A stretch of DNA of 64,000 bases from Candidatus Poseidonia alphae (GTDB taxonomy: Archaea; Thermoplasmatota; Poseidoniia; Poseidoniales; Poseidoniaceae): NCBI GenBank assembly GCA_002505405.1, contig DAVD01000027.1, positions 5,336-69,335 of the forward strand, read 5' to 3'. Made by a program: the position numbers and the translations under genes. Below are positions 1-10,787 of this stretch, one piece after another (positions within the stretch are counted from its first letter, which is position 1; the number at the start of each line of letters is the position of its first letter). The notes beneath the pieces were generated by a model. The model did not search any database. It had not been told where the DNA came from and was given only the letters and a program-made list of their open reading frames with translations.

Positions 1-1
1 G

Positions 2-895
2 GAACAAGCATCGTTTTGGACTGCGGAGGAAATCGACCTTGCTGAAGACCTCAAAGATTGGAAGAATCTCAACGAAGGCGAACAACACTTCCTCAAGCAT
101 ATTCTTGCGTTCTTTGCTGCAAGTGATGGCATCGTTAACGAAAACTTGGTGATGAACTTCTCCAATGAAGTATGCTGGCCCGAAGCTCGAGCCTTCTACG
201 GTTTCCAGATCATGATGGAAAACATCCATGCTGAAACCTATTCGCTTCTCATTGACACCTACATCAACGATGACCAAGAAAAGAACCACTTGTTCAAGGC
301 ACTGGAGACCGTCCCCTCCGTTCAAAAGAAAGGGGAATGGGCCATGCGCTGGCTTTCTCGAAAGCGAGGCTCCTTTGCTGAGCGTTTGGTTGCGTTTGCT
401 GCAGTTGAGGGTATTTTCTTTTCAGGTTCATTCTGTGCAATTTTCTGGCTCAAGAAGCGAGGACTTATGCCCGGGCTTACCTTTTCTAACGAATTGATTT
501 CTCGCGATGAAGGCCTTCACTGTGACTTCGCTTGCCTGCTTCACAACAAGTTGTTGCGCGGTGCTGGTGAAAACGTCATTCGTCGCATCATTGCTGAAGC
601 GGTTGAAATCGAAATCGAATTCATCACCAAGGCATTGCCGGTAAACCTCATCGGCATGAATGCTGACTTGATGGAACAATACGTCAAATTTGTCGCAGAC
701 CGTCTGCTTGTTTCGCTGAACTGTTCCAAGATCTACGAAACATCAAACCCGTTCCCGTGGATGGAAATGATTTCCATGCAAGGAAAAACCAATTTCTTCG
801 AGAAGAGAGTTGCAGAATACCAGAAGGCTGGTGTTATGGATGGCTCGTCTCTTGGAAGCGTTCAACAGCGGTTCTCTGTTGACGAAGACTTTTGA
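2..895 (+). CDS. nrdB: Class Ia ribonucleotide reductase beta (R2) subunit, 5'-truncated by the window edge
   Basis: The frame is open from base 2 ([13 protein letters not shown]...[12 protein letters not shown]). It contains the di-iron motifs ENIHAETY (with the radical Tyr), [10 protein letters not shown] and SRDEGLH, and C-terminal KTNFFEKRV. Confidence 0.97.
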   Translation, partial: EQASFWTAEEIDLAEDLKDWKNLNEGEQHFLKHILAFFAASDGIVNENLVMNFSNEVCWPEARAFYGFQIMMENIHAETYSLLIDTYINDDQEKNHLFKALETVPSVQKKGEWAMRWLSRKRGSFAERLVAFAAVEGIFFSGSFCAIFWLKKRGLMPGLTFSNELISRDEGLHCDFACLLHNKLLRGAGENVIRRIIAEAVEIEIEFITKALPVNLIGMNADLMEQYVKFVADRLLVSLNCSKIYETSNPFPWMEMISMQGKTNFFEKRVAEYQKAGVMDGSSLGSVQQRFSVDEDF

Positions 896-957
896 ACCGT
901 ACGCGAACAAAGGAACTTACCACGCAATCACACTCACCGAATCTGGAGGAAATATAC

Positions 958-3351
958 ATGGCCATGCAAGTAGTAAATAGGAAAGGCGAAAGAGAGGATG
1001 TGCGCTTTGATGCTATCCTTGAGAAATTAACAACACTCTCTGAAGGATTGAACTCAAAATGGGTTGACCCAGGACATGTTACCAAGCTCACCATCGAAGG
1101 CCTGTACGATGGCGTGACCACCCGTGAACTCGACCAACTTGCAGCTGAAACAGCCGCATCATTGGCTTCTCAACACCCTGAATACAGTCGCCTAGCAGCC
1201 CGTATTTGTGTGGATGATTTGCACCGTGCAACAAAGGACAGTTTCACCGATGTAATTACTGACCTGCGCGAGTACATCGACCCAGAATCCGGAAAGCACG
1301 CACCGTTGATCTCAGAAGAAGTGTTTGATGTAATTATGGAACATGCAGACGTATTGAACAACCACATAGACTATTCTCGAGACAACAATTACGACTACTT
1401 TGGTTTCAAGACCCTGGAACGCTCCTACCTCCTTCGCTTAAACGGTGAAATTGCAGAACGCCCTCAACACATGTTGATGCGGGTTTCTGTTGGAATCCAC
1501 TACAACAACATCCCAAGGGCCCTCGAAACATACGACCTCATGAGTCAAGGCTACTTCACTCACGCAACACCAACGTTGTTCAATTCCGGAACACCGATGC
1601 CTCAAATGTCCTCTTGCTTTTTGCTCACCATGCAAGACGATTCATTGGACGGAATCTATGACACTCTCAAGCAGTGCGCTTTGATCTCCAAGTCTGCTGG
1701 AGGAATTGGGTTGTCCATCCATCATGTGCGTTCAAAAGGTTCGTACATCAAGGGCACAAACGGAACCTCCAACGGAATCGTACCAATGCTGCGAGTCTTC
1801 AACGATACGGCCCGCTACGTCGACCAAGGCGGCGGTAAGCGTAAGGGTTCAATCGCAGTTTACCTTGAACCATGGCACCCAGATATTCTTCAATTCTTGG
1901 ACCTCAAGAAGAACCACGGAAAGGAAGAACTCCGAGCACGTGACCTGTTCTACGCAATGTGGACTCCAGACTTGTTCATGGAACGTGTTGAGCAGAACGC
2001 CGACTGGTCATTCTTCTGCCCGAATGAATGCCCCGGTTTGCAAGATGTCTATGGTGATGAATTCAAGACAATGTTCGAAGACTTTGAGCGAAGAGGTCTC
2101 GCCCGTGAAACGGTTCCTGCACGAACCATTTGGGACAAAATCGTTGAATCCCAAATTGAAACCGGTACGCCTTACATGCTTTACAAGGATGCGGCAAACA
2201 ACAAGTCGAATCAAAAGAACTTGGGAACCATCCGCTCCTCAAACCTGTGCACTGAAATCATGGAATACACCGCAAAGGACGAAGTTGCTGTCTGCAACCT
2301 CGCATCGATTGCACTGCCCAAGTTCGTGAACATGAGCACTGGAGAGTTTGACCACCAGAAACTCTTCGATGTTACGTATCACGCTACGGGCAATCTGAAC
2401 CGTGTCATTGATGTCAACTACTATCCGGTGGAAGAAGCACGTAATTCTAACATGCGTCACCGTCCGATTGGACTGGGCGTTCAAGGACTTGCAGACACCT
2501 TCGCTATGCTAGAAATGAACTTTGATGGGGCGGAAGCTCGCTCCTTGAACAAAGAAATTTTTGAAACAATTTACTACGCTGCTTGCACCGCTTCGAAAGA
2601 TGCAGCAATCGCAGAAGGCCCTTATTCAACCTTCAAAGGCTCACCCGCCAGCAAAGGTGTCCTGCAATTTGACTTGTGGGGCATGAACGAACACAGCGGC
2701 CGCTGGGATTGGAGTTCACTCAAGGAAGAAATCGTGGAACATGGAATGCGTAATTCTCTGCTGGTTGCTCCTATGCCCACAGCGTCAACCTCACAAATCC
2801 TCGGGAACAACGAATGCTTTGAGGCATTCACCTCCAACCTTTACGTCCGTCGCACTCTTTCCGGAGAGTTCGTTGTCCTCAACCGACATTTGGTTCGAGA
2901 CCTCATCAAGGAAGACCTTTGGAGTATTGAGATGAAGAATGAAATTTTGCGACATAAGGGATCCATACAAGCGATTGCAAACATCCCTGAAAAGATCCGT
3001 AACCTCTACAAAACCACGTGGGAAATCAGTCAACGCCACGTCTTGGACATGGCTGCCGACCGCGGCGCATACATTGACCAAAGCCAATCGTTGAACATCC
3101 ACATGGTTGATGCTAATCCTGCAAAGGTCACCTCAATGCACTTCTACGGATGGAAGCAAGGTCTGAAGACCGGAATGTACTATCTGCGAACAAAGGCAGC
3201 TGCCGACGCCATTCAGTTCACCCTTGAATCCAAGTCCAAAGACGACCAAACCGTCGGTGGACTTGCTGAGCGTGCAGAAGATGTTGACAGCCTTGAAGCA
3301 ATTGCATGCAGTCTCGACACTCCAGATGACTGCTTGATGTGTGGCTCTTGA
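958..3351 (+). CDS. nrdA: Class Ia ribonucleotide reductase alpha (R1) subunit with N-terminal ATP cone
   Basis: ATG at 958 follows GGAGG. Motifs: VVNRKG (ATP cone), [39 protein letters not shown] and C-terminal CLMCGS redox cysteines. Confidence 0.97.
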   Translation: MAMQVVNRKGEREDVRFDAILEKLTTLSEGLNSKWVDPGHVTKLTIEGLYDGVTTRELDQLAAETAASLASQHPEYSRLAARICVDDLHRATKDSFTDVITDLREYIDPESGKHAPLISEEVFDVIMEHADVLNNHIDYSRDNNYDYFGFKTLERSYLLRLNGEIAERPQHMLMRVSVGIHYNNIPRALETYDLMSQGYFTHATPTLFNSGTPMPQMSSCFLLTMQDDSLDGIYDTLKQCALISKSAGGIGLSIHHVRSKGSYIKGTNGTSNGIVPMLRVFNDTARYVDQGGGKRKGSIAVYLEPWHPDILQFLDLKKNHGKEELRARDLFYAMWTPDLFMERVEQNADWSFFCPNECPGLQDVYGDEFKTMFEDFERRGLARETVPARTIWDKIVESQIETGTPYMLYKDAANNKSNQKNLGTIRSSNLCTEIMEYTAKDEVAVCNLASIALPKFVNMSTGEFDHQKLFDVTYHATGNLNRVIDVNYYPVEEARNSNMRHRPIGLGVQGLADTFAMLEMNFDGAEARSLNKEIFETIYYAACTASKDAAIAEGPYSTFKGSPASKGVLQFDLWGMNEHSGRWDWSSLKEEIVEHGMRNSLLVAPMPTASTSQILGNNECFEAFTSNLYVRRTLSGEFVVLNRHLVRDLIKEDLWSIEMKNEILRHKGSIQAIANIPEKIRNLYKTTWEISQRHVLDMAADRGAYIDQSQSLNIHMVDANPAKVTSMHFYGWKQGLKTGMYYLRTKAAADAIQFTLESKSKDDQTVGGLAERAEDVDSLEAIACSLDTPDDCLMCGS

Positions 3352-3436
3352 TGTTTGATTAAATCCTTGGTTGAGGTGCCTCGCGCCGGAGATTCCTTTA
3401 ACTGTGGAATCTTCATAGGACGGTTGAGGCATAACA

Positions 3437-3688
3437 ATGGATGAAGCAACTTTGGTACTCAATGTTATTTTGTACGTCCTTCTACCGCTCTGGGGAATTG
3501 CCGGAATGCTTGACTGGTGGTGTCATCGAAATACAGAGATTGAGAAGACCTCGGGATTGAAAGAAGCTTACATCCACTGCCTTATGGGTGTCCAAATTTG
3601 CATCCCTCTCGTTCTTTCGCTTCTCTTTGAGGTCAACGTCCTCATCATGTTGCTTTGTTTCGCCGCCGACCCAAATCACATCTTGTGA
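3437..3688 (+). pseudogene. Small membrane protein, probably a 3'-truncated fragment
   Basis: Hydrophobic 83-aa ORF (LWGIAGMLDWWCHR..IEKTSG..E...H). It ends within a hydrophobic helix by running into the 3' end of the convergent lpd gene. Confidence 0.4.
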
Positions 3689-5106
3689 ATCGCATGACCT
3701 AGAGTGTCCAGTACTCCTTCATGGGTCATTTCCGTCATGGTCGGGTGAGCATGAATGGTATGTGCAATGTCTTCGAGGACAGCTCCCATCTCAAGAGCAA
3801 GCGTCCATTCTCCAACCAGTTCGCTGATATGGGTTCCAACACCTTGGATGCCCAGGATGCGATGATCGTCTTCTCGAGCGACGACGCGGACGAATCCACC
3901 GGTCTTTTCAGCTTCTTGTGTGAGTGAGCGTCCGTTTGCGGCCATTGGGAATTTTCCAATGATCACGGGATGGCCTTGTTCCTTGGCTTGGTCGGGAGAG
4001 AGACCAACGGAGACGATTTCTGGTTCTGTGAATACAATGGCAGGGACTGCGACTGGGTCGTAGGCTCTGCGGTGGCCAGCGATGAGTTCCGCTACCATTT
4101 CACCTTGGAAGGAAGCAACGTGTGCCAGCATCTCGCCCAAGTCACAAAGGTCTCCAATGGCGTAAACGCCTTTCATATTGGTTTCACAACGCTCGTTGAC
4201 TTTGACGAAGCCACGGTCGTCGAGTGCAACGCCAGTGCTTTCAAGTCCTGATGAAGCGGGCTTCCGACCCACGGTCACCAATACTTTGTCGGCTACGATG
4301 TGCTGCATCTTCTTCTCATCCTTCTCGTTTTTATCGATGAAGTTGAGTTTGACTTTACCGCCTTTTTGCTTTTCGGCACCTTTGGCAAAGACACCTGTGT
4401 GAACCTTGATCTTATTTTTCTTGAGAAAGAGTTCGAGAGGTCGGCGCAATTCTTTGTCGAACAAGGGCAAGACCGAGTCCATGGCTTCAACCACGGTCAC
4501 TTCTGATCCGAGCATACGGAAGGTGATGCCGAGTTCGAGACCGATGTAGCCGCCACCGACCACGACAACGTGGTCTGGGAGCTTCTCGAGAGAGAGTGCT
4601 TCTCTTGAGGACAGCACGTGATCGTCGTAGGGCATGAATGGGAGTTCAATTGGTACTGAGCCTTGCGCCATGATGACGTGTTCGGCTTGAATCAAAGTCG
4701 CATCCTTTCCTTCTCCGATTTTCACAGTCTTTGCGTCTTCAAAGGTAGCCCATCCAGTGATCAGTTCTGCTCCTGCATTCTTCAAAAGAGCCTCGACCCC
4801 TTTGTTGAGGCGGTCTACGATGCCTTCTTTCCAACCGACCAGGTTGGCCATGTTGAGTTCAGCCGGGCTTGGAATTGAAATTCCCATGTGGCCGTCCTTT
4901 TTTGCGTGCTTTGCAAGGTTGTGGAAGGTGTGTGCGGCATGAATGAGTGCCTTTGATGGTATGCATCCGCGAATGAGGCAGGTGCCTCCAGCACGTTCTC
5001 CCTCAACGATGATGGTTTTCATTCCGAGTTGAGCCGAACGGATGGCAGAAACGTAGCCTCCGGGGCCAGCTCCGATGACGAGCACTTGACATTGTTTTGT
5101 TTTCAC
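3676..5106 (-). CDS. lpdA: Dihydrolipoamide dehydrogenase (E3)
   Basis: GAGPGGY FAD motif, GGTCLIRGCIPSK redox disulfide, GGGYIGLE NAD motif and C-terminal HAHPT. A GAGGTGA RBS precedes the GTG start. Confidence 0.97.
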   Translation of the reverse strand: MKTKQCQVLVIGAGPGGYVSAIRSAQLGMKTIIVEGERAGGTCLIRGCIPSKALIHAAHTFHNLAKHAKKDGHMGISIPSPAELNMANLVGWKEGIVDRLNKGVEALLKNAGAELITGWATFEDAKTVKIGEGKDATLIQAEHVIMAQGSVPIELPFMPYDDHVLSSREALSLEKLPDHVVVVGGGYIGLELGITFRMLGSEVTVVEAMDSVLPLFDKELRRPLELFLKKNKIKVHTGVFAKGAEKQKGGKVKLNFIDKNEKDEKKMQHIVADKVLVTVGRKPASSGLESTGVALDDRGFVKVNERCETNMKGVYAIGDLCDLGEMLAHVASFQGEMVAELIAGHRRAYDPVAVPAIVFTEPEIVSVGLSPDQAKEQGHPVIIGKFPMAANGRSLTQEAEKTGGFVRVVAREDDHRILGIQGVGTHISELVGEWTLALEMGAVLEDIAHTIHAHPTMTEMTHEGVLDTLGHAIHKM

Positions 5107-5115
5107 ACCATCACC

Positions 5116-6393
5116 TCACATGAAAATTGTAGCGGGATTCTCTAAGTAAGTTTTAACCAACTGTACGAGTGTGGCCCCATCATGTCCATCGACAACACGG
5201 TGGTCCCATGAAGAAGAGAGGTTCATCATCCGGCGAACAACAACGTGGCCGTTACGAACAACAGCACGATCCTTTGCATTATGGACTCCAAGAATTCCAA
5301 CTTCGGGTTTGTTGATGATCGGCGTTGCTCCAAGCCCACCAAGGCGTCCTAGGCTGGTGATGGTAAAGGTTGAACCGCTGAGGTCCTCAACACCTGCTTT
5401 TCCATCTCGAGTTGCGGAGGTAACACGCACCATTTCTGTTGCTGCGCTCCAAATATCCATGGCTTCAACATGCTTGACCACGGGAACGTAGAGTCCTCGG
5501 TCGGTTTGAGTTGCAATTCCAAGGTTGATGGCTTCATGGCGAGTGACGACGTTAGCATCGTCATCGTACAATGCATTGCATTCTGGCCGCTGTTCCAGTG
5601 CCTTTACCAATGCTTGCATGATAAAGGGCAGGTAGGTGAGTTTTGGAGCACCCTCTGGACGTGTTGCGTTGAGGTGTTGGCGCAGTTCTTCCAGGGCCGT
5701 GACGTCCACTTCTTCAAAGTAAGAGAAGTGAGGAATGGTGCTGTAGGATGACATCATGCCGTCAGCGATCTTTCGACGAAGTCCGATGACCTTGATTTCC
5801 TCAGTGCCGTTTCGTTCTACTTTCGCCGAGCCACCCATTGGGCGCGCAGATGAGGCTCCAGATGCGCCGCCTGCAATGTGTCGGTCCAAGTCGGCATGAC
5901 TGATGCGTCCTGCAGGGCCAGAGCCCGCAACATGTTGCAAGTCTACGTTTGCAGAGCGAGCTCGTTGGCGGACTGCAGGTGAAGCGAGTGCTTTCGTACC
6001 TGCTGCACGAGAAACGGGTGCTGCGGCAGGAGCGGCTTCAACGGGAGGAAGCGTTGGTGCTGCTGGGGTAGCGGCTTCGACTTTCTTTGCTGGCTTTTCT
6101 TCTTTGGCTGGGGCAGGTGTCTCGGTTTTCTCTTCGCCGGCATTACCGTCTCCATCCACTTCGAAAACGATGCATACAGCACCTACTGGAAGAATATCTC
6201 CTGCTTCGCCAACCATGCTCTTGACGGTTCCTTCGCAAGGGGCGGGAATCTCAACGGTTGCTTTATCGGTCATCACGGAGAGAATAGGGTCGTCTTCTTT
6301 GATGCTGTCACCAACGGCGACCAGCCATTCTACGACTTCTCCTTCAACAACGCCTTCTCCAATATCCGGTAGCTTAAATTCAAATGTTCCCAT
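5116..6393 (-). CDS. bkdB: 2-oxoacid dehydrogenase E2, dihydrolipoamide acyltransferase
   Basis: Lipoyl domain (FKLPDIGEG...TDKATVE), Ala/Pro linker, E3-binding domain (ASPAVR...GSGPAGRI) and catalytic DHRVVDG. Start set at ATG 6393 after GGAGG. Confidence 0.93.
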   Translation of the reverse strand: MGTFEFKLPDIGEGVVEGEVVEWLVAVGDSIKEDDPILSVMTDKATVEIPAPCEGTVKSMVGEAGDILPVGAVCIVFEVDGDGNAGEEKTETPAPAKEEKPAKKVEAATPAAPTLPPVEAAPAAAPVSRAAGTKALASPAVRQRARSANVDLQHVAGSGPAGRISHADLDRHIAGGASGASSARPMGGSAKVERNGTEEIKVIGLRRKIADGMMSSYSTIPHFSYFEEVDVTALEELRQHLNATRPEGAPKLTYLPFIMQALVKALEQRPECNALYDDDANVVTRHEAINLGIATQTDRGLYVPVVKHVEAMDIWSAATEMVRVTSATRDGKAGVEDLSGSTFTITSLGRLGGLGATPIINKPEVGILGVHNAKDRAVVRNGHVVVRRMMNLSSSWDHRVVDGHDGATLVQLVKTYLENPATIFM

Positions 6394-6395
6394 GT

Positions 6396-7406
6396 TTATT
6401 CCTCCTGTGTTTTCTGTATGGCTTCTGCAATCCTTGACGGACTCGGAAGATAATCCCACTCGGTGGTGTGCGGGAACGGTGTGTCCCAGCCAGTCACTCG
6501 TTGAATTGGTGCTTCAAGGTGGTAGAAGCATCGTTCTTGAATTGAAGCGCTCATTTCCGCCCCGAAACCGCTGGTCTTCGGCGCTTCATGGACGATGACA
6601 CAGCGCCCGGTCTTCTTCACTGAATTGACCACGGTATCACGGTCCCAAGGGACCAAGGTTTGCAAGTCAATGAGTTCACAATCAATACCGGAATTCTTGA
6701 TGGCCTGTTCGCTCACATGGACCATTGCGCCCCATGCGATCACGGTGCAAGCGGTGCCCTCTCGGACGATATTAGCTTGTTCAAGTGGAATGGAGTAGTA
6801 CTCTTCGGGAACTTCGCCCTCAGGATGGTCGTTCCAAGTTGGGACATTGTGCGGGTCTCCGTAGAACGGGCCACGGTAGCATCGCTTTGGTTCGAAGAAA
6901 ATAACCGGGTCGTTGCATTCGATAGCACTTGTTAACAGCCCTTTTGCATTTCTTGGATTAGAGCAGTACACGACTTTGAGGCCAGGTGTATGCGTGAATT
7001 GTGCTTCGGGGGACTGTGAATGATGGTGTCCTCCTTTGATTCCTCCACCAGCTGGTGTTCGAAACGTCACAGGGCTGGTGAATTCTCCGCCAGACCGGTG
7101 CCTCAGTTTGGCGATTTCGTTGACAATTTGGTCATAGGCAGGGAAAATGTAGTCTGCGAATTGGATTTCAGCAACCGGTCGTAGTCCGTTCAAACCCATT
7201 CCCATTGCGATGGCGGCAATACCACCTTCTGCAAGAGGTGAATCAAAGACTCGGTGGTGGCCAAATTCTTCTTGGAGTCCGGCCGTAACTCTGAACACGC
7301 CTCCAAAGTAGCCCACATCTTCACCAAAGATGACGACGTTGGGGTTGCTTTGCAGCTGGTGCTTCAGGGCAGAATTTAGGGCTGCAATCATGTTCATTTT
7401 TGCCAT
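6396..7406 (-). CDS. bkdA2: Branched-chain 2-oxoacid dehydrogenase E1 beta subunit
   Basis: GEDVGYFGGVFRVT, EIQFADY, HHSQSPE and DPVIFFEPK motifs. Confidence 0.93.
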   Translation of the reverse strand: MAKMNMIAALNSALKHQLQSNPNVVIFGEDVGYFGGVFRVTAGLQEEFGHHRVFDSPLAEGGIAAIAMGMGLNGLRPVAEIQFADYIFPAYDQIVNEIAKLRHRSGGEFTSPVTFRTPAGGGIKGGHHHSQSPEAQFTHTPGLKVVYCSNPRNAKGLLTSAIECNDPVIFFEPKRCYRGPFYGDPHNVPTWNDHPEGEVPEEYYSIPLEQANIVREGTACTVIAWGAMVHVSEQAIKNSGIDCELIDLQTLVPWDRDTVVNSVKKTGRCVIVHEAPKTSGFGAEMSASIQERCFYHLEAPIQRVTGWDTPFPHTTEWDYLPSPSRIAEAIQKTQEE

Positions 7407-7415
7407 GCTAACACC

Positions 7416-8657
7416 TCACTTTCCCAGTTCCTCTCGTTGTTCTTGAATGTGCCAGGGGACCGTCTCGTAAACTTCTGTAAAAATGGTTGATGCAGGAGGG
7501 TAAGGTCCGGTAGCAAGGTCCCCGAATTCGCATGCTTCTTTGTAAGCCGTCATGACTTCAGCATCAATTTTGTCCGCCAGTGCAGCGTTCTTTTCATCAT
7601 CCCATTCGCCAATTTTAACGAGGTGGGCTCGCAGTCGTTCTACAGGGTCGCCACCTGGCCAAGATTCTGCTTCATTATGAGGCCGGTAGGCTGACGGGTC
7701 ATCCGAAGAGGAATGGGCGCCAGACCTGTAGGTGTAGACTTCTATGTGGGTTGGTCCGAGTCCTGCAGAGACCCGTTCACGAGCCCACTTTGTGACGCTG
7801 TAGAGTGCGAGGAAGTCGTTTCCATCTACACGGAATGAGGGAATGTCGTAGGCGAGTCCACGCTCGGCAAATGTTCGTCCACCGGTGGCCAGTGAAACAT
7901 GTGTGGAGATGGCCCATTGATTGTTGACCACATTGAGGATGACTGGGGGTTTGAATGTTGATGCAAAGTTGAGTGCATAATGGTAATCTCCCTGGGCTGA
8001 GGTACCGTCTCCAAGCCACGTGATACAAGCTTCATCGAGGCCTTTGTAAGCGCTGGCCATCGCCACGCCAACCGCTTGTGAAAACTGAGTGCCTACAGGG
8101 GAAGAGATGGAGATGAACCGTCCTTCTTTCCACGTGTAGTGAACCGGCATTTGTCGCCCACGAACGTTATCTTCTGTATTTCCGATGCAGTGGCAGATCA
8201 TACTGACCATGTCCCTGCCTCGTACGAATTGCGCACCGGGTTGCCGGTACGATGGAAATATCCAATCGTTGTCTTCAAGCGCCATTGTTTGAGCAATAGC
8301 CACGGCTTCTTCACCAAGCGATCGCATGTAAAAGGAGAGTTTTCCAGTGCGTTGCATTTTGATCATTCGATCGTCAAAGATTCGAAGTCGCATCATGTAT
8401 TCAAGACCCTGAATAAGGGATGCAGCGTCGAGGCCAGGGTCCCATTCGCCAACAGCGACTCCATCATCGGTGAGTACACGGACCAAACCTGATGCATGAG
8501 GCGCGGTGTCTTCTGCAGAACATGTCGCCGGGTCGGGACGGTTCAAATCACCCGGTTGTTCAACAAATTTGTCGCCAAACGACGGTGTGTCTCCGGGACG
8601 GAATGGCGCAACCCCAATCGTGTAGGGCGAGGTTGTAGCCGTACTTCTCTCCGTCAT
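7416..8657 (-). CDS. bkdA1: Branched-chain 2-oxoacid dehydrogenase E1 alpha subunit
   Basis: TPP-binding GDG...NNQWAIS, GRQMPVHY and HSSSDDPSAYR motifs. The N-terminal RPGDTP extension resembles proteobacterial BkdA1. Confidence 0.92.
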   Translation of the reverse strand: MTERSTATTSPYTIGVAPFRPGDTPSFGDKFVEQPGDLNRPDPATCSAEDTAPHASGLVRVLTDDGVAVGEWDPGLDAASLIQGLEYMMRLRIFDDRMIKMQRTGKLSFYMRSLGEEAVAIAQTMALEDNDWIFPSYRQPGAQFVRGRDMVSMICHCIGNTEDNVRGRQMPVHYTWKEGRFISISSPVGTQFSQAVGVAMASAYKGLDEACITWLGDGTSAQGDYHYALNFASTFKPPVILNVVNNQWAISTHVSLATGGRTFAERGLAYDIPSFRVDGNDFLALYSVTKWARERVSAGLGPTHIEVYTYRSGAHSSSDDPSAYRPHNEAESWPGGDPVERLRAHLVKIGEWDDEKNAALADKIDAEVMTAYKEACEFGDLATGPYPPASTIFTEVYETVPWHIQEQREELGK

Positions 8658-8666
8658 CGTTTCACC

Positions 8667-9674
8667 TCAGGACCGGTCCACCTTAAGGGGTGTCGGTGAG
8701 TTGGTTTGGTGGTTAGCAACACGGACGTATGCACCCGGCATTGTTTCTGTGTTGGCTGCATCCTTTGTTTTCCTGTACAAGAGGCCTGCTTTGAAGGATG
8801 AACGGACCAGTGGGCCGCTTGCAATGCCAGAGAATCCGATGTCGATGGCATGAATGGCCCAAAGATCGTACATTTCAGGTTCAGGGAATCGGTCAACGGT
8901 AAGATGGCTTGCAGAAGGAGCGAGATATTGACCTATGGTGATGAGGTCAACACCCGCTTCTCTAAGCAACTCCAACGCTTCAAGAATTTCTTCATCGGTT
9001 TCACCAACGCCGACCATCAGGGATGACTTGGTGAGGATATCCGGACGCAACACTTTGGCCTGCCTGAGGATTTCCAAAGACTGGTTGAACGATGCACGTG
9101 CGTCTCTGACCGTTGCATCAAGCCTGGGTACGCACTCTACGTTATGTGCAAATACTGCGAGCGGGCTGTTGTTCAATAAGTGTTTGAGCGCCACGTGATC
9201 TCCCGCAAGGTCGGAACAAAGGAGTTCGAGTGTGACCTCCGGTGCATGTGCGTGAACGGCATCAATGCATTGTTTGTAATGGTCAGCTCCGCTATCGGGC
9301 AGGTCGTCTCTGTTGACCACCGTGATGACGGCATGACGCAAATTCATCGAAGATACGGCCTGAGCGAGGTGCGCAGGCTCCTCCGGGTCAAGCGCAGGAG
9401 GTCTCTTGATGGTACCAACGGCACAAAAACGGCATCCTCTGGTGCATTCCTGGCCAGCGATCATGAATGTTGCATCGCCTGAAGCCCAGCAATCGTGAAT
9501 GTTCGGGCAGCGCGCCTCTTCGCATACTGTGTTGAGTTTGTTGTCCTTAACAGCAGTTTTCGTGGCGTTGAAGATGGCTTGTTGTTCTCCGCTTGGCAGT
9601 CGGGTTTTGAACCACTTGGGGAGCCGTCCTTGCCGTTTTGAGGATGCTTCGGAGTCACCTTTGGGGGTGGCCAT
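8667..9674 (-). CDS. lipA: Lipoyl synthase (radical SAM)
   Basis: CEEARCPNIHDC auxiliary cluster motif, CTRGCRFC radical-SAM motif and C-terminal PLVRSS. Confidence 0.97.
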   Translation of the reverse strand: MATPKGDSEASSKRQGRLPKWFKTRLPSGEQQAIFNATKTAVKDNKLNTVCEEARCPNIHDCWASGDATFMIAGQECTRGCRFCAVGTIKRPPALDPEEPAHLAQAVSSMNLRHAVITVVNRDDLPDSGADHYKQCIDAVHAHAPEVTLELLCSDLAGDHVALKHLLNNSPLAVFAHNVECVPRLDATVRDARASFNQSLEILRQAKVLRPDILTKSSLMVGVGETDEEILEALELLREAGVDLITIGQYLAPSASHLTVDRFPEPEMYDLWAIHAIDIGFSGIASGPLVRSSFKAGLLYRKTKDAANTETMPGAYVRVANHQTNSPTPLKVDRS

Positions 9675-9829
9675 TGGGAGGGGTTTTCCTTCTACGCTAC
9701 TCCCTCCTCAGTAAGGGGCAGCAGGAGGCCATCAAAAAGGTGTGTGATTCAAGGCCATGCTGGTCAAGGTGTTGTGTGAATCGTGAATTCATACGAGGTT
9801 TCATGAATTGAGTCCTCGCCATTCGTACC

Positions 9830-10573
9830 ATGAGCACCAAAGTTGCGCTGATTACAGGGGCTGGCCACCGGCTAGGTGCAGCCACTGCGAACAGGCTCAT
9901 GAATGCGGGATGGTTTGTGTTGATCCATGTCCGTTCCTCCCGCCAAGCAGCACAAGAACTGCTCGAACAAGCGGAGGCTCAAAACAACCGCAAATGCGGG
10001 GCGATTCTTCAGGCAGATTTGACCGTTGATGATCAACTAAAACACCTGGTTGATGAAGTCAAGAACCACGCCCTCGTCAAGGAGAATGGGCTTTCTGGAC
10101 TGGTTCACAACGCTTCGTTCTATAGCCAATCTATATTTGAGGAGACATCGTTTGAAACCTTCAGAAACCTGAACCGTTTACACATGGAGGCGCCCTATTA
10201 TTTGACCCAGCAATTGCTTCCAGAACTGCGAAGTTCTCGAGGCTCTGTAGTTGGGATTGTTGACACGTCGTGGGGCAAGGCTTGGGAAGGCCTGTCTCAT
10301 TATACTTCAAGCAAAGCAGGGTTGCGCCAACTCATGTTGAATCTGGCGGGTGAATTAAGCCCGGATGTGAATGTTAATTGCGTTGCGCCAGGTGCGATTA
10401 TGGCTGCGGATTGGGAAACCGAACATTTCACCAAAGTTCTCGAGAAAGTCCCGATGGGTCGTTCGGGCCAAGCCTCAGATATTGCCTCGGCAGTTCTTCA
10501 CCTGCTCGAAGCATCCCATCTTTCAGGCCAGGTGCTCCATGTTGACGGTGGCTGGTCTATTGAAGACGCCTGA
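9830..10573 (+). CDS. SDR-family oxidoreductase, pteridine reductase/FolM-like
   Basis: TGAGHRLG, LVHNAS, YTSSK catalytic YxxxK, VNCVAPG and GQVLHVDGG motifs. Confidence 0.8.
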   Translation: MSTKVALITGAGHRLGAATANRLMNAGWFVLIHVRSSRQAAQELLEQAEAQNNRKCGAILQADLTVDDQLKHLVDEVKNHALVKENGLSGLVHNASFYSQSIFEETSFETFRNLNRLHMEAPYYLTQQLLPELRSSRGSVVGIVDTSWGKAWEGLSHYTSSKAGLRQLMLNLAGELSPDVNVNCVAPGAIMAADWETEHFTKVLEKVPMGRSGQASDIASAVLHLLEASHLSGQVLHVDGGWSIEDA

Positions 10574-10609
10574 GTTTCATTGAAGAAGGAAGGCGCCACC
10601 GCTCAGAAT

Positions 10610-10693
10610 GCAGGGGTGGCTGAGGTGGTCAAAGGCGCCGGGCTTAAGATCCGGTCCCGTATGGGTTCGTGGGTTCGTATCCCACCCCCTGCA
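10610..10693 (+). tRNA. tRNA-Leu (anticodon TAA)
   Basis: Acceptor stem GCAGGGG/CCCCTGC plus discriminator A. Anticodon arm CCGGG-CTTAAGA-TCCGG, long variable arm, T arm GTGGG-TTCGTAT-CCCAC. CCA is not encoded. Confidence 0.95.
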
Positions 10694-10787
10694 TCACACT
10701 GTTCGGCTTCGCTGCTATATCGTTCATAATCGGTTAAGTTGATGCATCCCATGCAAAACCGTTTAACACCCCCTGCACCACGGAGGC

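Noticed and set aside
3388-3412. Inverted repeat GAGATTCC-N9-GGAATCTT after nrdA
   Set aside because: It is a single short hairpin with no U-tract, and I cannot tell terminator from operator from chance.
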